Virus record (IMG/VR): IMGVR_UViG_3300005077_000003
Span: 32,001-96,000 of that record
From: a virus
Reading direction: 5' to 3' (one strand)
DNA length: 64,000 nucleotides
This document shows, one piece after another, positions 36,654 to 45,874 of this stretch; position 1 is the first letter of the stretch, and the number at the start of each line of letters is the position of its first letter. The translations under genes were made by a program, and so were the position numbers. The notes under the pieces were generated by a model. It was given only the letters and a program-made list of their open reading frames with translations. It had not been told where the DNA came from and did not search any database.

Positions 36654-37355
36654 ATGGCAAATGAGCAAAAAAAAGTAGTAAAAGTAACACGCAACCAATC
36701 TAATGATTCTCCTTCAAAGAAGGAGAATACTGGAGTACTTGGAGTTATGAACTCCTATAAAGGTCAATTTATTTCTTTAAATATGAAAGTTGCTCCATTC
36801 TTTGGGATAGGTACTTTAGAAGATGGGTCAAATAAAATTTGGCTGTCCGCCAATAATTGGTTTGATCAAGTACCTGATAATCTTACCGAAGAGGAAGTTG
36901 ATATGCTCACAAGAGCGATCAGGGATAAAAAGGTTATTCTTGGTAAGAGGTGGATACCAGCAATTGATAAAGATAAAGAAGTAAAGAATAAGTATATTAA
37001 GCACGTAAAATCTTTTAAGTTCTGCACTGAGGAATTTAAAGATATTGTGCGCGGGTTAGTTAGAAGAAAGAAAGAAGGTAACTATACTGCTATAGAACTA
37101 TTAAGGGCCATGATTGAAACAGAAAGGGCCGCCAATAATAGACCGGACTTTGTCAAGTATCTAGAGGATGCAATTGACCATTGTTCTGGGCCAGTATCTT
37201 TAGTAGAAGATTACCCAACAGATCCTGAAAACTTTACTGTGACAATAGATCCTTTAACAAAGCAAGTGGTAGAAAGCACTAAAAAGATTAAAGAGCCCAC
37301 CATGTCTGATGATCCAGTAACAAGATCAGCCAAAATAGAAGACGCACTAAATTAG
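36654..37355 (+). CDS. hypothetical protein (head-assembly region)
   Basis: 233 aa. Confidence 0.8.
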   Translation: MANEQKKVVKVTRNQSNDSPSKKENTGVLGVMNSYKGQFISLNMKVAPFFGIGTLEDGSNKIWLSANNWFDQVPDNLTEEEVDMLTRAIRDKKVILGKRWIPAIDKDKEVKNKYIKHVKSFKFCTEEFKDIVRGLVRRKKEGNYTAIELLRAMIETERAANNRPDFVKYLEDAIDHCSGPVSLVEDYPTDPENFTVTIDPLTKQVVESTKKIKEPTMSDDPVTRSAKIEDALN

Positions 37356-37373
37356 TGAATACGGAGCTAACTG

Positions 37374-38708
37374 ATGGCAATACCAGTATTAAGTTCATCT
37401 ACGCCCGCAGAAGGCGCCACAGATGTATATATAAATATACCACTGGATATTACATTTACTGATGATATACTTGAGTCATCAGTTAGTTCAACATCTGTAT
37501 TACTAGAAGATGTTGGCGCAAATGATCTTGTTCCGATAAGTGTTGAGCTAATAGAATCAAATAAAATTCGCATTAGTCCAATAGGGTCTCTTCCAGAAGA
37601 TACTCTATGGAAAATAAGTTTTCCAGGCACTGATATAGCAATAAGCGCAAGCTATGTAATTCAGGGGCTCGCCGGTACTTCGGAAGCCCTTGAAGATACT
37701 ATAACAATAACTTTTAGAACAGGATCTAGAACATACATAGATGATACTTCTATAGATAAAGATGCAGCAGATTTATCTTTAGAAGGAGATCTAAATCTAC
37801 CTATCCACGTAAAGGCTTTAGGAGATTTGGCATTAGATTATGTTGTACCAAAAAATAACTCATACGATGTAGCAGTAGATACAACAATAGTATTTACATT
37901 TAACCAGGTACTTTCAACTGGTGACTTTACACAAAACTGGTTAAATGTTGATATATATCCAATGCTTGATTCTACGGCCTACCTTGCATCTGGAGATACC
38001 CTTGGTAGCGGAAGTATACCAGACTATGGGGTTACTCATAGTGACAAAACATTGACGGTAACATTTTCTGGATATCTACCACAAAATGCTGGTATTGAAA
38101 TAACACTAGATGATAGCATAACTGATGTTGATGGTTCTGAGTATGGGCCAAATAATTATAAATATTCAATAACTACTGATAGATATCCAAGTGTGTCTGG
38201 TATACATGTAATACACAGAGAATTAAAAGCTATTTCCGATGAACTTACTAATGACTATATAGCTGCGACATTATTATCAAGCACTATAAGATATCTAAAT
38301 AGCTTTAGAAATCCAGATATAGATTCACATTTAGCACTTAGGTGGATAACAGCTAGGTCAGTAGTAGATATCCTAGATGATAAAGAATTAGAAAAAGCAG
38401 TAGTAGCTGGCACAAGAAGGCAGCTTGGCGATATGAGTGTATCAGTAGATCCAATAATAGGTCTGCTAGCACTGAAACATAAGCGCGCCCTTGATGAATT
38501 AGATAATATATCTAAAACAATATGCAAAGTTACTGCGGTTAATTATTCATTAGAAGCACAGGTTGGTATATCCAGAACGCCTAGACTTTGGTTTGGAGTA
38601 AACCAGAAGCTTATTGAAGCTAGATTCGTCTATTGGCAGCCAGATATACCAGCCTCTAATATAGCACTAAACCGTGGCGCTAAAGTGCCACCATCATATT
38701 ATTTTTAA
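37374..38708 (+). CDS. virion protein with two Ig-like domains plus putative head-tail adaptor C-terminus
   Basis: SSTPAEGATDVYINIPLDITF and VVPKNNSYDVAVDTTIVFTFNQ Big_5-like repeats. Confidence 0.75.
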   Translation: MAIPVLSSSTPAEGATDVYINIPLDITFTDDILESSVSSTSVLLEDVGANDLVPISVELIESNKIRISPIGSLPEDTLWKISFPGTDIAISASYVIQGLAGTSEALEDTITITFRTGSRTYIDDTSIDKDAADLSLEGDLNLPIHVKALGDLALDYVVPKNNSYDVAVDTTIVFTFNQVLSTGDFTQNWLNVDIYPMLDSTAYLASGDTLGSGSIPDYGVTHSDKTLTVTFSGYLPQNAGIEITLDDSITDVDGSEYGPNNYKYSITTDRYPSVSGIHVIHRELKAISDELTNDYIAATLLSSTIRYLNSFRNPDIDSHLALRWITARSVVDILDDKELEKAVVAGTRRQLGDMSVSVDPIIGLLALKHKRALDELDNISKTICKVTAVNYSLEAQVGISRTPRLWFGVNQKLIEARFVYWQPDIPASNIALNRGAKVPPSYYF

Positions 38709-38710
38709 TC

Positions 38711-38884
38711 ATGGCAAAACCACATAAATCAGTAGATAATCCAAAACTAACCAAGATAGCCAAGCAAGCTGCAGAAGAACTTCTAGCAAAGGGGTCTAAT
38801 ATTAGTGGCAAAGTATCTACTACTTATAAGCCACCAATAAAGAACCCAAAAGCAAATAAACTAGTTCATGGTACTGACCTGTAG
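38711..38884 (+). CDS. small basic protein (57 aa)
   Basis: MAKPHKSVDNPKLTKIAKQAAEE... fills the gap in the operon. Confidence 0.55.
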   Translation: MAKPHKSVDNPKLTKIAKQAAEELLAKGSNISGKVSTTYKPPIKNPKANKLVHGTDL

Positions 38885-38887
38885 TAA

Positions 38888-39358
38888 ATGAGAAAAATTG
38901 AATTCATAGACCTTAGGGGTGAAGTAGATTTTATACAAAAGAGATACTCATTCTACTGGGTAGCTCTCAGGTCTATGTATTTAAATACTAAGTGCCCATG
39001 TTTTGATGGAATTCCAAACAAGAAGTGCTCTAAATGTATGGGTACTGGTTATCTATATGTAGATAAATTAGTTAAGGCACAAAATGCTAGAACCACTCCT
39101 GGATTAGATTTTAGTACTCAAATAGGGAAAATAAATACACAAACTATTACCTGGATAATTCAGCACGACAAGAGACCTAAAACTACTGATTGGATATTAG
39201 AACTAGATTTAGATGAATCTACGAGAATACCAAGACAGCCGTTTGTGGTAAAAAGATCGTTTGCCATACAGGATGCTTGGCCTTATAGAGGCAAAAATGG
39301 CGAAATAATATACTGGTATTGTCTCTCTGAAGAGCGAAACTTTGTGTCTATTAATTAA
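38888..39358 (+). CDS. neck/head-closure-like protein with Cys motif
   Basis: KCPC..CSKC.GTGYLYVDKLVKA; paralogue of the next gene. Confidence 0.65.
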   Translation: MRKIEFIDLRGEVDFIQKRYSFYWVALRSMYLNTKCPCFDGIPNKKCSKCMGTGYLYVDKLVKAQNARTTPGLDFSTQIGKINTQTITWIIQHDKRPKTTDWILELDLDESTRIPRQPFVVKRSFAIQDAWPYRGKNGEIIYWYCLSEERNFVSIN

Positions 39359-39866
39359 GATGACTGATTTTTTTAGAGAGCGCCTAGATATAAGAAAAGA
39401 GCTGCGTGTTCTTGTAGAGACATCTGGATTCAGATGGGTAGCATTAAGGTCCGCACAGCTTGATCAGGCGTGCACAAGGTGCATAAATAAGATATCACCT
39501 CAATATGACAGCCCTACAGGAGTATGTCTCAAGTGCCTAAATACCGGCCACCTATTTGCAGATAAGCTCGTAAAAGCCTATAGCTATTTACCAGCAGCTG
39601 GTAGAGACTTTCTATCAGATATAGGGATAATAAACACTGAAACAGTAGTATATATATTTGAACACGGCTCAAAGCCCAAAACTGGTGATATAGTATGTGA
39701 ATTAGACCTAAATGAAGCTACGGGTACTCCAAGGCAACCATTTTCTATAAGGCGGATGTTCACTATACAAGACTCAAAAGAAATGCGCGGAGATGATGGT
39801 AGAATAGAATTCTATAAAACATATTGTGAAGAACTTAATTTAGACAAGGGTCAAAGCATACTATAA
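39342..39866 (+). CDS. neck/head-closure-like protein with Cys motif (tandem paralogue)
   Basis: CTRC..CLKC.NTGHLFADKLVKA; shares ELDLNE.T..PRQPF. Confidence 0.65.
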   Translation: MCLLIKMTDFFRERLDIRKELRVLVETSGFRWVALRSAQLDQACTRCINKISPQYDSPTGVCLKCLNTGHLFADKLVKAYSYLPAAGRDFLSDIGIINTETVVYIFEHGSKPKTGDIVCELDLNEATGTPRQPFSIRRMFTIQDSKEMRGDDGRIEFYKTYCEELNLDKGQSIL

Positions 39867-39882
39867 TAGCGGAAATATAATA

Positions 39883-40968
39883 GTGAGTACTACTAATGAC
39901 AAATATGGCATGCCTGATCTAGAATCATCAGATCAGCCATTCTATATGAAACATATTGTATCATCTACAATGCCTTTAAGCGTATTCCCGCGCCTTAAGG
40001 CAGATAGGTGTGCATCTTTGTCAGACTCTATGATGATGATAGATATTCTGATAAAGAAATATGAAGCACAATATTATACCGCTACAAAAGATAAAAATTT
40101 ATTAGTACTACCAAATTTATTTCTTAAGCCCTTACAGGGCACTAAAATTAAAAACCTGAACACTGATGAGGTATATGAAATTGCTGATGTAATCAGCAAT
40201 CCCGTAACTGGTCTATGGGAGGGCCTTATCAGAATTAATTCTATTACACCACCCAATAGAGATCTGCAAGAAAAACTGCAATTCCTTACTGATGATAGAT
40301 TAGTAAGATTTTCTGCAGAATTTACGCGCTCTCTAGGTGTAGAGAATCAGACTGAAGATGAGTTATTAAAAGACGTTGGGCCAATAAGGCCAACAATAAT
40401 ATATGCGCTCATTAAAAAAGAACCAGGGTCAATAGGCAAAACGCCTTTTGGTCCTCAAAAACAAGCCAAACCTATGCACCGCGAATTTATTCGCGATCAA
40501 CACTGGGCTGGTCACTCTGTTGAGATGCTTGGTCAATGGTTTGATCTGCTTGTAGAGTTTGGGTGCTTTACAACAGACAACCGCTCTGCTGATCTGTTAG
40601 CTGATTGGTTTGAGCGATTTATGCGGCAGAATACATGGGTTCTAAAGCTAAATGGTGTACAAGAACTTATGTACTTCCAAAGACTACGTGATAGTGCTGT
40701 TACGAAGTGGAGACAAGATCTTATAAGTAGGACAGTCCAATATTACTTCAGGTTAGAGGAGATTCTGCCAACCGTCGTACGTAATATTAGAAAGCTAGAT
40801 ACAACAGTAAACCTAGCAACTGAAATTGCTGAATCAGGAAAGCGTTGGATTGCCGGTAGAGAAGTGACTGGTCCACTTACTCAAGAGGAATATAATGCTT
40901 TATTCTATGGTCCAGACGGTACAAGAATCTTTGACACTATCTTAGTAAACGATAACAATTTAACATAA
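39883..40968 (+). CDS. tail terminator/neck-like protein
   Basis: Position before sheath; FDLLVEFGCFTTDNRSADLLADWFERFM. Confidence 0.6.
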   Translation: MSTTNDKYGMPDLESSDQPFYMKHIVSSTMPLSVFPRLKADRCASLSDSMMMIDILIKKYEAQYYTATKDKNLLVLPNLFLKPLQGTKIKNLNTDEVYEIADVISNPVTGLWEGLIRINSITPPNRDLQEKLQFLTDDRLVRFSAEFTRSLGVENQTEDELLKDVGPIRPTIIYALIKKEPGSIGKTPFGPQKQAKPMHREFIRDQHWAGHSVEMLGQWFDLLVEFGCFTTDNRSADLLADWFERFMRQNTWVLKLNGVQELMYFQRLRDSAVTKWRQDLISRTVQYYFRLEEILPTVVRNIRKLDTTVNLATEIAESGKRWIAGREVTGPLTQEEYNALFYGPDGTRIFDTILVNDNNLT

Positions 40969-40980
40969 TGGAGGTCCTAA

Positions 40981-42510
40981 ATGGCTTATCCGCATCTTCC
41001 TGGAGTTACGCTAAACTTAGCTGACCTAGGACTTAAGATTGCGCCACCGCCTGCTGGTCCTAAAGTAACTTTACTTGGTGTTACATGCAATACTGGAGTT
41101 CCACTACTAGAGCCATTATCAGTAACCAACGTAGGTAAAACTATTAATGCTCTATGGGCTTCTGGTGCTACATCATCATTAACATTCCCAAGTGAACTTG
41201 CTTTAGCGGTAGAAGAAGCATCCGCTGCTGGCGCTGAAAACATTGAAATATTAGTCATTGCCAATCCAACTGGCAATGATTATGACTATTGGATTGATCC
41301 AACAAGTGCTGTTGGACGATCTGCGCGCTTCTCGGCGCTTAGTGGAGCATATGATGTATTGCTTCAATCCAACGTAGACGTTGTTCATCCAGTAAATGCC
41401 TGGATTGATAATCCCGGTAGCACTATTAGATTTGGGAGCCAACTAGCTAATTTCTGTCACCAAAAATCAAAAGAGTTTGATAATACTTGTGTTGGAGTTC
41501 TTCCAATGATGACTCCAGTAGAGTGGGCTCAAACTATGACTGGCAGAATAACCGGTGGGGGTTTTAGCTTCTCTGCCACAGTTTCTGGAGAAATGTCGGA
41601 TGTTACTGGTGCAGCAGATAGATATTTTGGTTCTGCTTCAAGTGCACTAGTAACAGAATGGGCAAAATATGCTTCAAATGTTTCTGCAGATCCAACTTGC
41701 TATTATACTCCTGAATTCTCAGGTTACTTAGCAGGCTCTGAAGATACTACTAATACTTATTATCCAACAAACTATGAAAACGAAGCTACTGCAGTTAACT
41801 CTGCTTACTGGACATACTGGCAGGCGGTTGATGCTGATGGTACTGCAGCTACAGACCAAAAGGGAAATAAAGTTGACGCAGGCAGAAGAGTGTGCGTATT
41901 TGGATGCCCAGTAGTTACTAACGGTACTCAAACATCATTGCTCGCGGCTGGAGTTGGAGCATCGTTAACTAATACTGTTTATAACACCAATGGCGCTGCT
42001 GCATATGCTGCTAGAATAACTACACTAGCACCACAGTCTGCAACTACCAATAAACCAATTTACAACCTAACTTATTCGCGTCCTCTTTCTGGTTCGCAAG
42101 CTAATAAACTTGCAGGAAGACGTATTACCACCATGCACAATAGAGCCAATGGCTTCGTTGTTACTAGTGGTATAACTGGCGCCCATAACGTTAGCAAGTA
42201 TGTAAGATCTGACTTCGTAAGACTAACCACGATTAGAATCGTTGACTCAGTCGTTAACCTGACCAGATCAGTATCTGACAAATATATTGGCGAGCCCAAT
42301 ACTGCAACAGCACGTAATGCGCTATACAATGACATAGAAAAATACCTGAAGCAGATGCGCGTTGCAAATGCATTAAGAGGTTGGACTATGTATATTTCTT
42401 CTTCACCAGATCAACAAGTACTAGGTGAAGCTACCATTGACCTTACCTTAGTCCCAGCATTTGAACTTGTTAAGATCGAATGCAACATAGCCCTCGCTAA
42501 GAGCGTATAA
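40981..42510 (+). CDS. tail sheath protein
   Basis: LPGVTLNLAD N-terminus; LTTIRIVD, YIGEPN and IDLTLVPAFEL C-terminal sheath motifs. Confidence 0.92.
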   Translation: MAYPHLPGVTLNLADLGLKIAPPPAGPKVTLLGVTCNTGVPLLEPLSVTNVGKTINALWASGATSSLTFPSELALAVEEASAAGAENIEILVIANPTGNDYDYWIDPTSAVGRSARFSALSGAYDVLLQSNVDVVHPVNAWIDNPGSTIRFGSQLANFCHQKSKEFDNTCVGVLPMMTPVEWAQTMTGRITGGGFSFSATVSGEMSDVTGAADRYFGSASSALVTEWAKYASNVSADPTCYYTPEFSGYLAGSEDTTNTYYPTNYENEATAVNSAYWTYWQAVDADGTAATDQKGNKVDAGRRVCVFGCPVVTNGTQTSLLAAGVGASLTNTVYNTNGAAAYAARITTLAPQSATTNKPIYNLTYSRPLSGSQANKLAGRRITTMHNRANGFVVTSGITGAHNVSKYVRSDFVRLTTIRIVDSVVNLTRSVSDKYIGEPNTATARNALYNDIEKYLKQMRVANALRGWTMYISSSPDQQVLGEATIDLTLVPAFELVKIECNIALAKSV

Positions 42511-42523
42511 GGAGGATTGAACT

Positions 42524-43195
42524 ATGGCTAGTACATTAGATAGTTATACTAAGAGCTATAACTCATTCTCTGGTGCTGATATGGTTGTAACCTTCGGTAA
42601 ATATATTATCGGAGAGCTACAGGGTATATCATATACAATACAAAGAGAAAAGGCTCCACAGTATGTACTAGGTCAATCTGACCCAGTATCATTTTCAAGA
42701 GGGAAGCGCGGGATAGCAGGTTCTTGTGTATTCCTGGTATTTGACCGGTCTGCATTACTTGATGCGTTCCAGGATACGCCATTCTTAGCATGGGAGCATG
42801 AATTTGCTGCACTCGTATCCGATCCAATAGTAAGTGCGCCCGTCCTGATAACAGCAGGATTAAGCAGTGCTTCTTCTGGGTATGGTCAACCTCAAACCGC
42901 CAACTCTTTTGCGGTTGCTAATTCAATTCAAATTAGCAAAATACTTGCGCGCCCCGCTTACCATGACCAAGTATTACCATTTGAAATAGTGGTTACTGGT
43001 GCAAACGAGTATGGTGCTACAGCATCCATGAAAATACACGGTGTCGAAGTCATCAATGTCGGCTCCGGGTTCTCAATTGATGATATGCAAATTGATGAAG
43101 CTTGTACTTGGATAGCCAAGGGTATTACCAACTGGCGTCCAGGAATACAAATACATATTCCTAACTATACTCTACCTACTACTATCGCTGGCTAG
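42524..43195 (+). CDS. tail tube protein
   Basis: SFSGADM, GELQGISY.IQREKAP.YVLG, GKRGIAGS; follows the sheath. Confidence 0.85.
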   Translation: MASTLDSYTKSYNSFSGADMVVTFGKYIIGELQGISYTIQREKAPQYVLGQSDPVSFSRGKRGIAGSCVFLVFDRSALLDAFQDTPFLAWEHEFAALVSDPIVSAPVLITAGLSSASSGYGQPQTANSFAVANSIQISKILARPAYHDQVLPFEIVVTGANEYGATASMKIHGVEVINVGSGFSIDDMQIDEACTWIAKGITNWRPGIQIHIPNYTLPTTIAG

Positions 43196-43211
43196 ATGCT
43201 ATAACTATTTT

Positions 43212-43240
43212 GGGTAGACCCAGAAATGGGTCTACCCTTT
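43212..43240 (+). terminator. intrinsic terminator
   Basis: gggtagaccc-agaaat-gggtctaccc-ttt. Confidence 0.7.
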
Positions 43241-43247
43241 AATTATA

Positions 43248-44141
43248 ATGCCTTTATTTGATCCACAAACAGTTTTAGGTAAAGAAAAAGTATCATTTTC
43301 TGGTACTGATGTTAGCGTTGTATTTAGTATTCATGGCAGTATGCCATCGTACATAGCAGATAAGCGATACTTTAGATCAGCACAATTACAAACTATATCT
43401 TTAACTTCAGCAGCATCATTATTCCCAGTTCGCAGATGCGGAGAAGCATCTGCCACAACGCTCACAAAGGGTGCGCGTACGGTTGCGGGTTCTATGGTAT
43501 TTACCATACTAGGACAAGATCCTTTACAAGAAATATTTTCTATTGATGCAATAAAATCTGCAGCCAGAACAGATAGTTTATGGCACATAGATCAAATGCC
43601 ACCAATAGACTGTTTGCTAATATTTGCTACTGAAACTGGCGGTAGAGGATTACAAGTAATCCAAAACATGCAAATATCTAACTGGGGAGAAGTAGTAAGT
43701 ATTGATGACATGTATATTGAATCTAGTTATACTTTTATTGCTGAACATATAACTCCATTTTTGTCTATGGATCTTATGTCAGCAAGCGGCACCAGTAGTA
43801 ATAGGGTTGCTAAAGTATTAGAAGATAGAATGTCAGACATAAGATCTAATGCATTAACCCCAGATGATGCAGCTATAACTGCGATAGGTATTTCTCAGAA
43901 AGAAATAATAGATAAGTATGGATGGCATGCGCCTACTATTATGGCACAACTTGCTAAGGATGAATTAAAATTAAGAGCAGGCAAAGCTCTTAATTTAATG
44001 GATATAGGAGTCTCAAGACTTATAGATAATATAGAAACAGGTACAACAAAAGCTGGAGAAGTATATGCAATATGGACAACAGCACCAGAAATACCTTCAA
44101 CAATATTTGATCTTACTAATTTAAAATATGTCACGCGCTAG
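43248..44141 (+). CDS. tail tube-like paralogue
   Basis: SFSGTDV, LQTISL, GARTVAGSMVF. Confidence 0.75.
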   Translation: MPLFDPQTVLGKEKVSFSGTDVSVVFSIHGSMPSYIADKRYFRSAQLQTISLTSAASLFPVRRCGEASATTLTKGARTVAGSMVFTILGQDPLQEIFSIDAIKSAARTDSLWHIDQMPPIDCLLIFATETGGRGLQVIQNMQISNWGEVVSIDDMYIESSYTFIAEHITPFLSMDLMSASGTSSNRVAKVLEDRMSDIRSNALTPDDAAITAIGISQKEIIDKYGWHAPTIMAQLAKDELKLRAGKALNLMDIGVSRLIDNIETGTTKAGEVYAIWTTAPEIPSTIFDLTNLKYVTR

Positions 44142-44883
44142 GCATTATCCAACACCAATAACTACTACCTTTTACATAGGGCAGTATTTAATTGATGATG
44201 TATATAGGGTTGATTTTACAAGAAAAGTAACTCATCAACCAATATGGGGGTATGCCAGTAAACAATATGATTTTATTGCCAAAGGTAGAGAAATAGTAAC
44301 TGGCAATATTATAATTAACTTTAGGTATCCAGGCTATCTGACTAATGCCATTAAAGTAGCAACTCAAGATTCTGATACAAATAAAGTTCTAGTTAAATCT
44401 GGAATTAAAAAGGATTCAAAACAATCACTTGGAAACCTACTTGATGATATACACAATGTTAATAGTATTTCATCGGTAATGGAAAAAATAAGCAATATAT
44501 TGCTTGGCACTAAAATAAATAATTCGCAACAAGAGAATACCGCATCTCTTAGTAATATAAATGAAATAAACGAAACATATAATGAACTAAAAAAATCTTT
44601 AGTTGAGCGACATACTAAACAGTTTTCAAAACTCGATACTGGCGTTAAGCACTTAGAATCTCCATTATCAATAGAACTTCCTTTATTTGATCTTGAAATC
44701 CAGTATGGTTTCCAAGGAGTATCTGGTGGGTGGAGAAGAATATTTAAAGATATAACACTGGTTGGAGAGTCGCAAGTAATACAAGCAGGGGGAGATGGCA
44801 GCGGTATGGGTAGTAGTGCACAATGTTTATTAGAAGCATACCCATTTTTTGCATCTAGTACAATAGTTAAAAGGACAGTATAA
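44128..44883 (+). CDS. tail tube-like paralogue (diverged)
   Basis: FYIGQYLIDDV, PIWGYAS..YD.IAKGREIVTGNIIINF. Confidence 0.65.
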   Translation: MSRARHYPTPITTTFYIGQYLIDDVYRVDFTRKVTHQPIWGYASKQYDFIAKGREIVTGNIIINFRYPGYLTNAIKVATQDSDTNKVLVKSGIKKDSKQSLGNLLDDIHNVNSISSVMEKISNILLGTKINNSQQENTASLSNINEINETYNELKKSLVERHTKQFSKLDTGVKHLESPLSIELPLFDLEIQYGFQGVSGGWRRIFKDITLVGESQVIQAGGDGSGMGSSAQCLLEAYPFFASSTIVKRTV

Positions 44884-45239
44884 TGAATATGTTACCAGAA
44901 GACGTAAAGGAAGCCGCCGAAAAAGCAAAGGCCGATGGCTTCCGTCCATATTGGATTACACTTAATGGCGTTAGTTTTGTATATAGACCAATTAAGCGTA
45001 AAGAATGGAGAGAATTAACTAGAGCTCAAAATAAAGAGCTTGTTGCTTCTCAAGAAGATCCTCTAGAATTGGCTGAAATAAAGGCTAAATATGTTGAGGA
45101 AATAGTAAAAATGTGTGTTCTATGGAGCGAGCTACCTATTGATGACAATCTAGGTGCAGGCTATGTAGAAACACTTTCCGACGCAATCTTAATAGATTCA
45201 GGTTTTGGTTCTCCTGATGTTCCTTCAGTTGAAGTATAA
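44883..45239 (+). CDS. putative tail assembly chaperone
   Basis: Small acidic protein, FVYRPIKRKEW, precedes the tape-measure-like gene. Confidence 0.65.
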   Translation: MNMLPEDVKEAAEKAKADGFRPYWITLNGVSFVYRPIKRKEWRELTRAQNKELVASQEDPLELAEIKAKYVEEIVKMCVLWSELPIDDNLGAGYVETLSDAILIDSGFGSPDVPSVEV

Positions 45240-45874
45240 TGGAAAACAATGTACTGGATAAGTACACAGAGCTAATACTTCAAGGTAACAAAGACATATT
45301 TATTACCGAACTCGGGGGCTTGTCATTTATTTGCAAGCCCCTTACTTATTATCAGTATAAGCTTTGTTTAGATATAGAAAAGAATGTGGGCGCACCAGAT
45401 TCTAATGAAGCCATTCTAAAATTATCAATTATATTTCCAGAAAGGAATGAGTTAGAAAATTGGATAGATAGCACAAACGCCTGTTTCCCAGATATATTAG
45501 CAGATAAAATCCTAGCTAAATCTAGTTTTAAAAGCCAAGAAGATATATATAGCTTATATCTTTCATCCAGGGATGATGTTGAAAAAGACTTTATTGGCTT
45601 AGCACAAATATATATTTGCACCGCATTTAAGGCCATATCGCCAGCAGATATAGATAAAATGCCAATGAAAGATATTATGTGCCTACTAGTAAAGGCAGAA
45701 GAAGCTTTAGGTAAAAAGATTAATATAGAAGAATTATTTAATATAGAATCAGAAGGTAAACAAAAAATACCTATTCCTCCAGGAATGGAGTCAACTGCTT
45801 TTGATCCTTTCTCTAAAGAGTATATGTTAGATCCAGATAATGCGAGCCCAATACCACCAGAGGCATTCAGATAA
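45239..45874 (+). CDS. putative tail assembly chaperone 2
   Basis: FICKPLTYYQY parallels the previous gene; position. Confidence 0.6.
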   Translation: MENNVLDKYTELILQGNKDIFITELGGLSFICKPLTYYQYKLCLDIEKNVGAPDSNEAILKLSIIFPERNELENWIDSTNACFPDILADKILAKSSFKSQEDIYSLYLSSRDDVEKDFIGLAQIYICTAFKAISPADIDKMPMKDIMCLLVKAEEALGKKINIEELFNIESEGKQKIPIPPGMESTAFDPFSKEYMLDPDNASPIPPEAFR

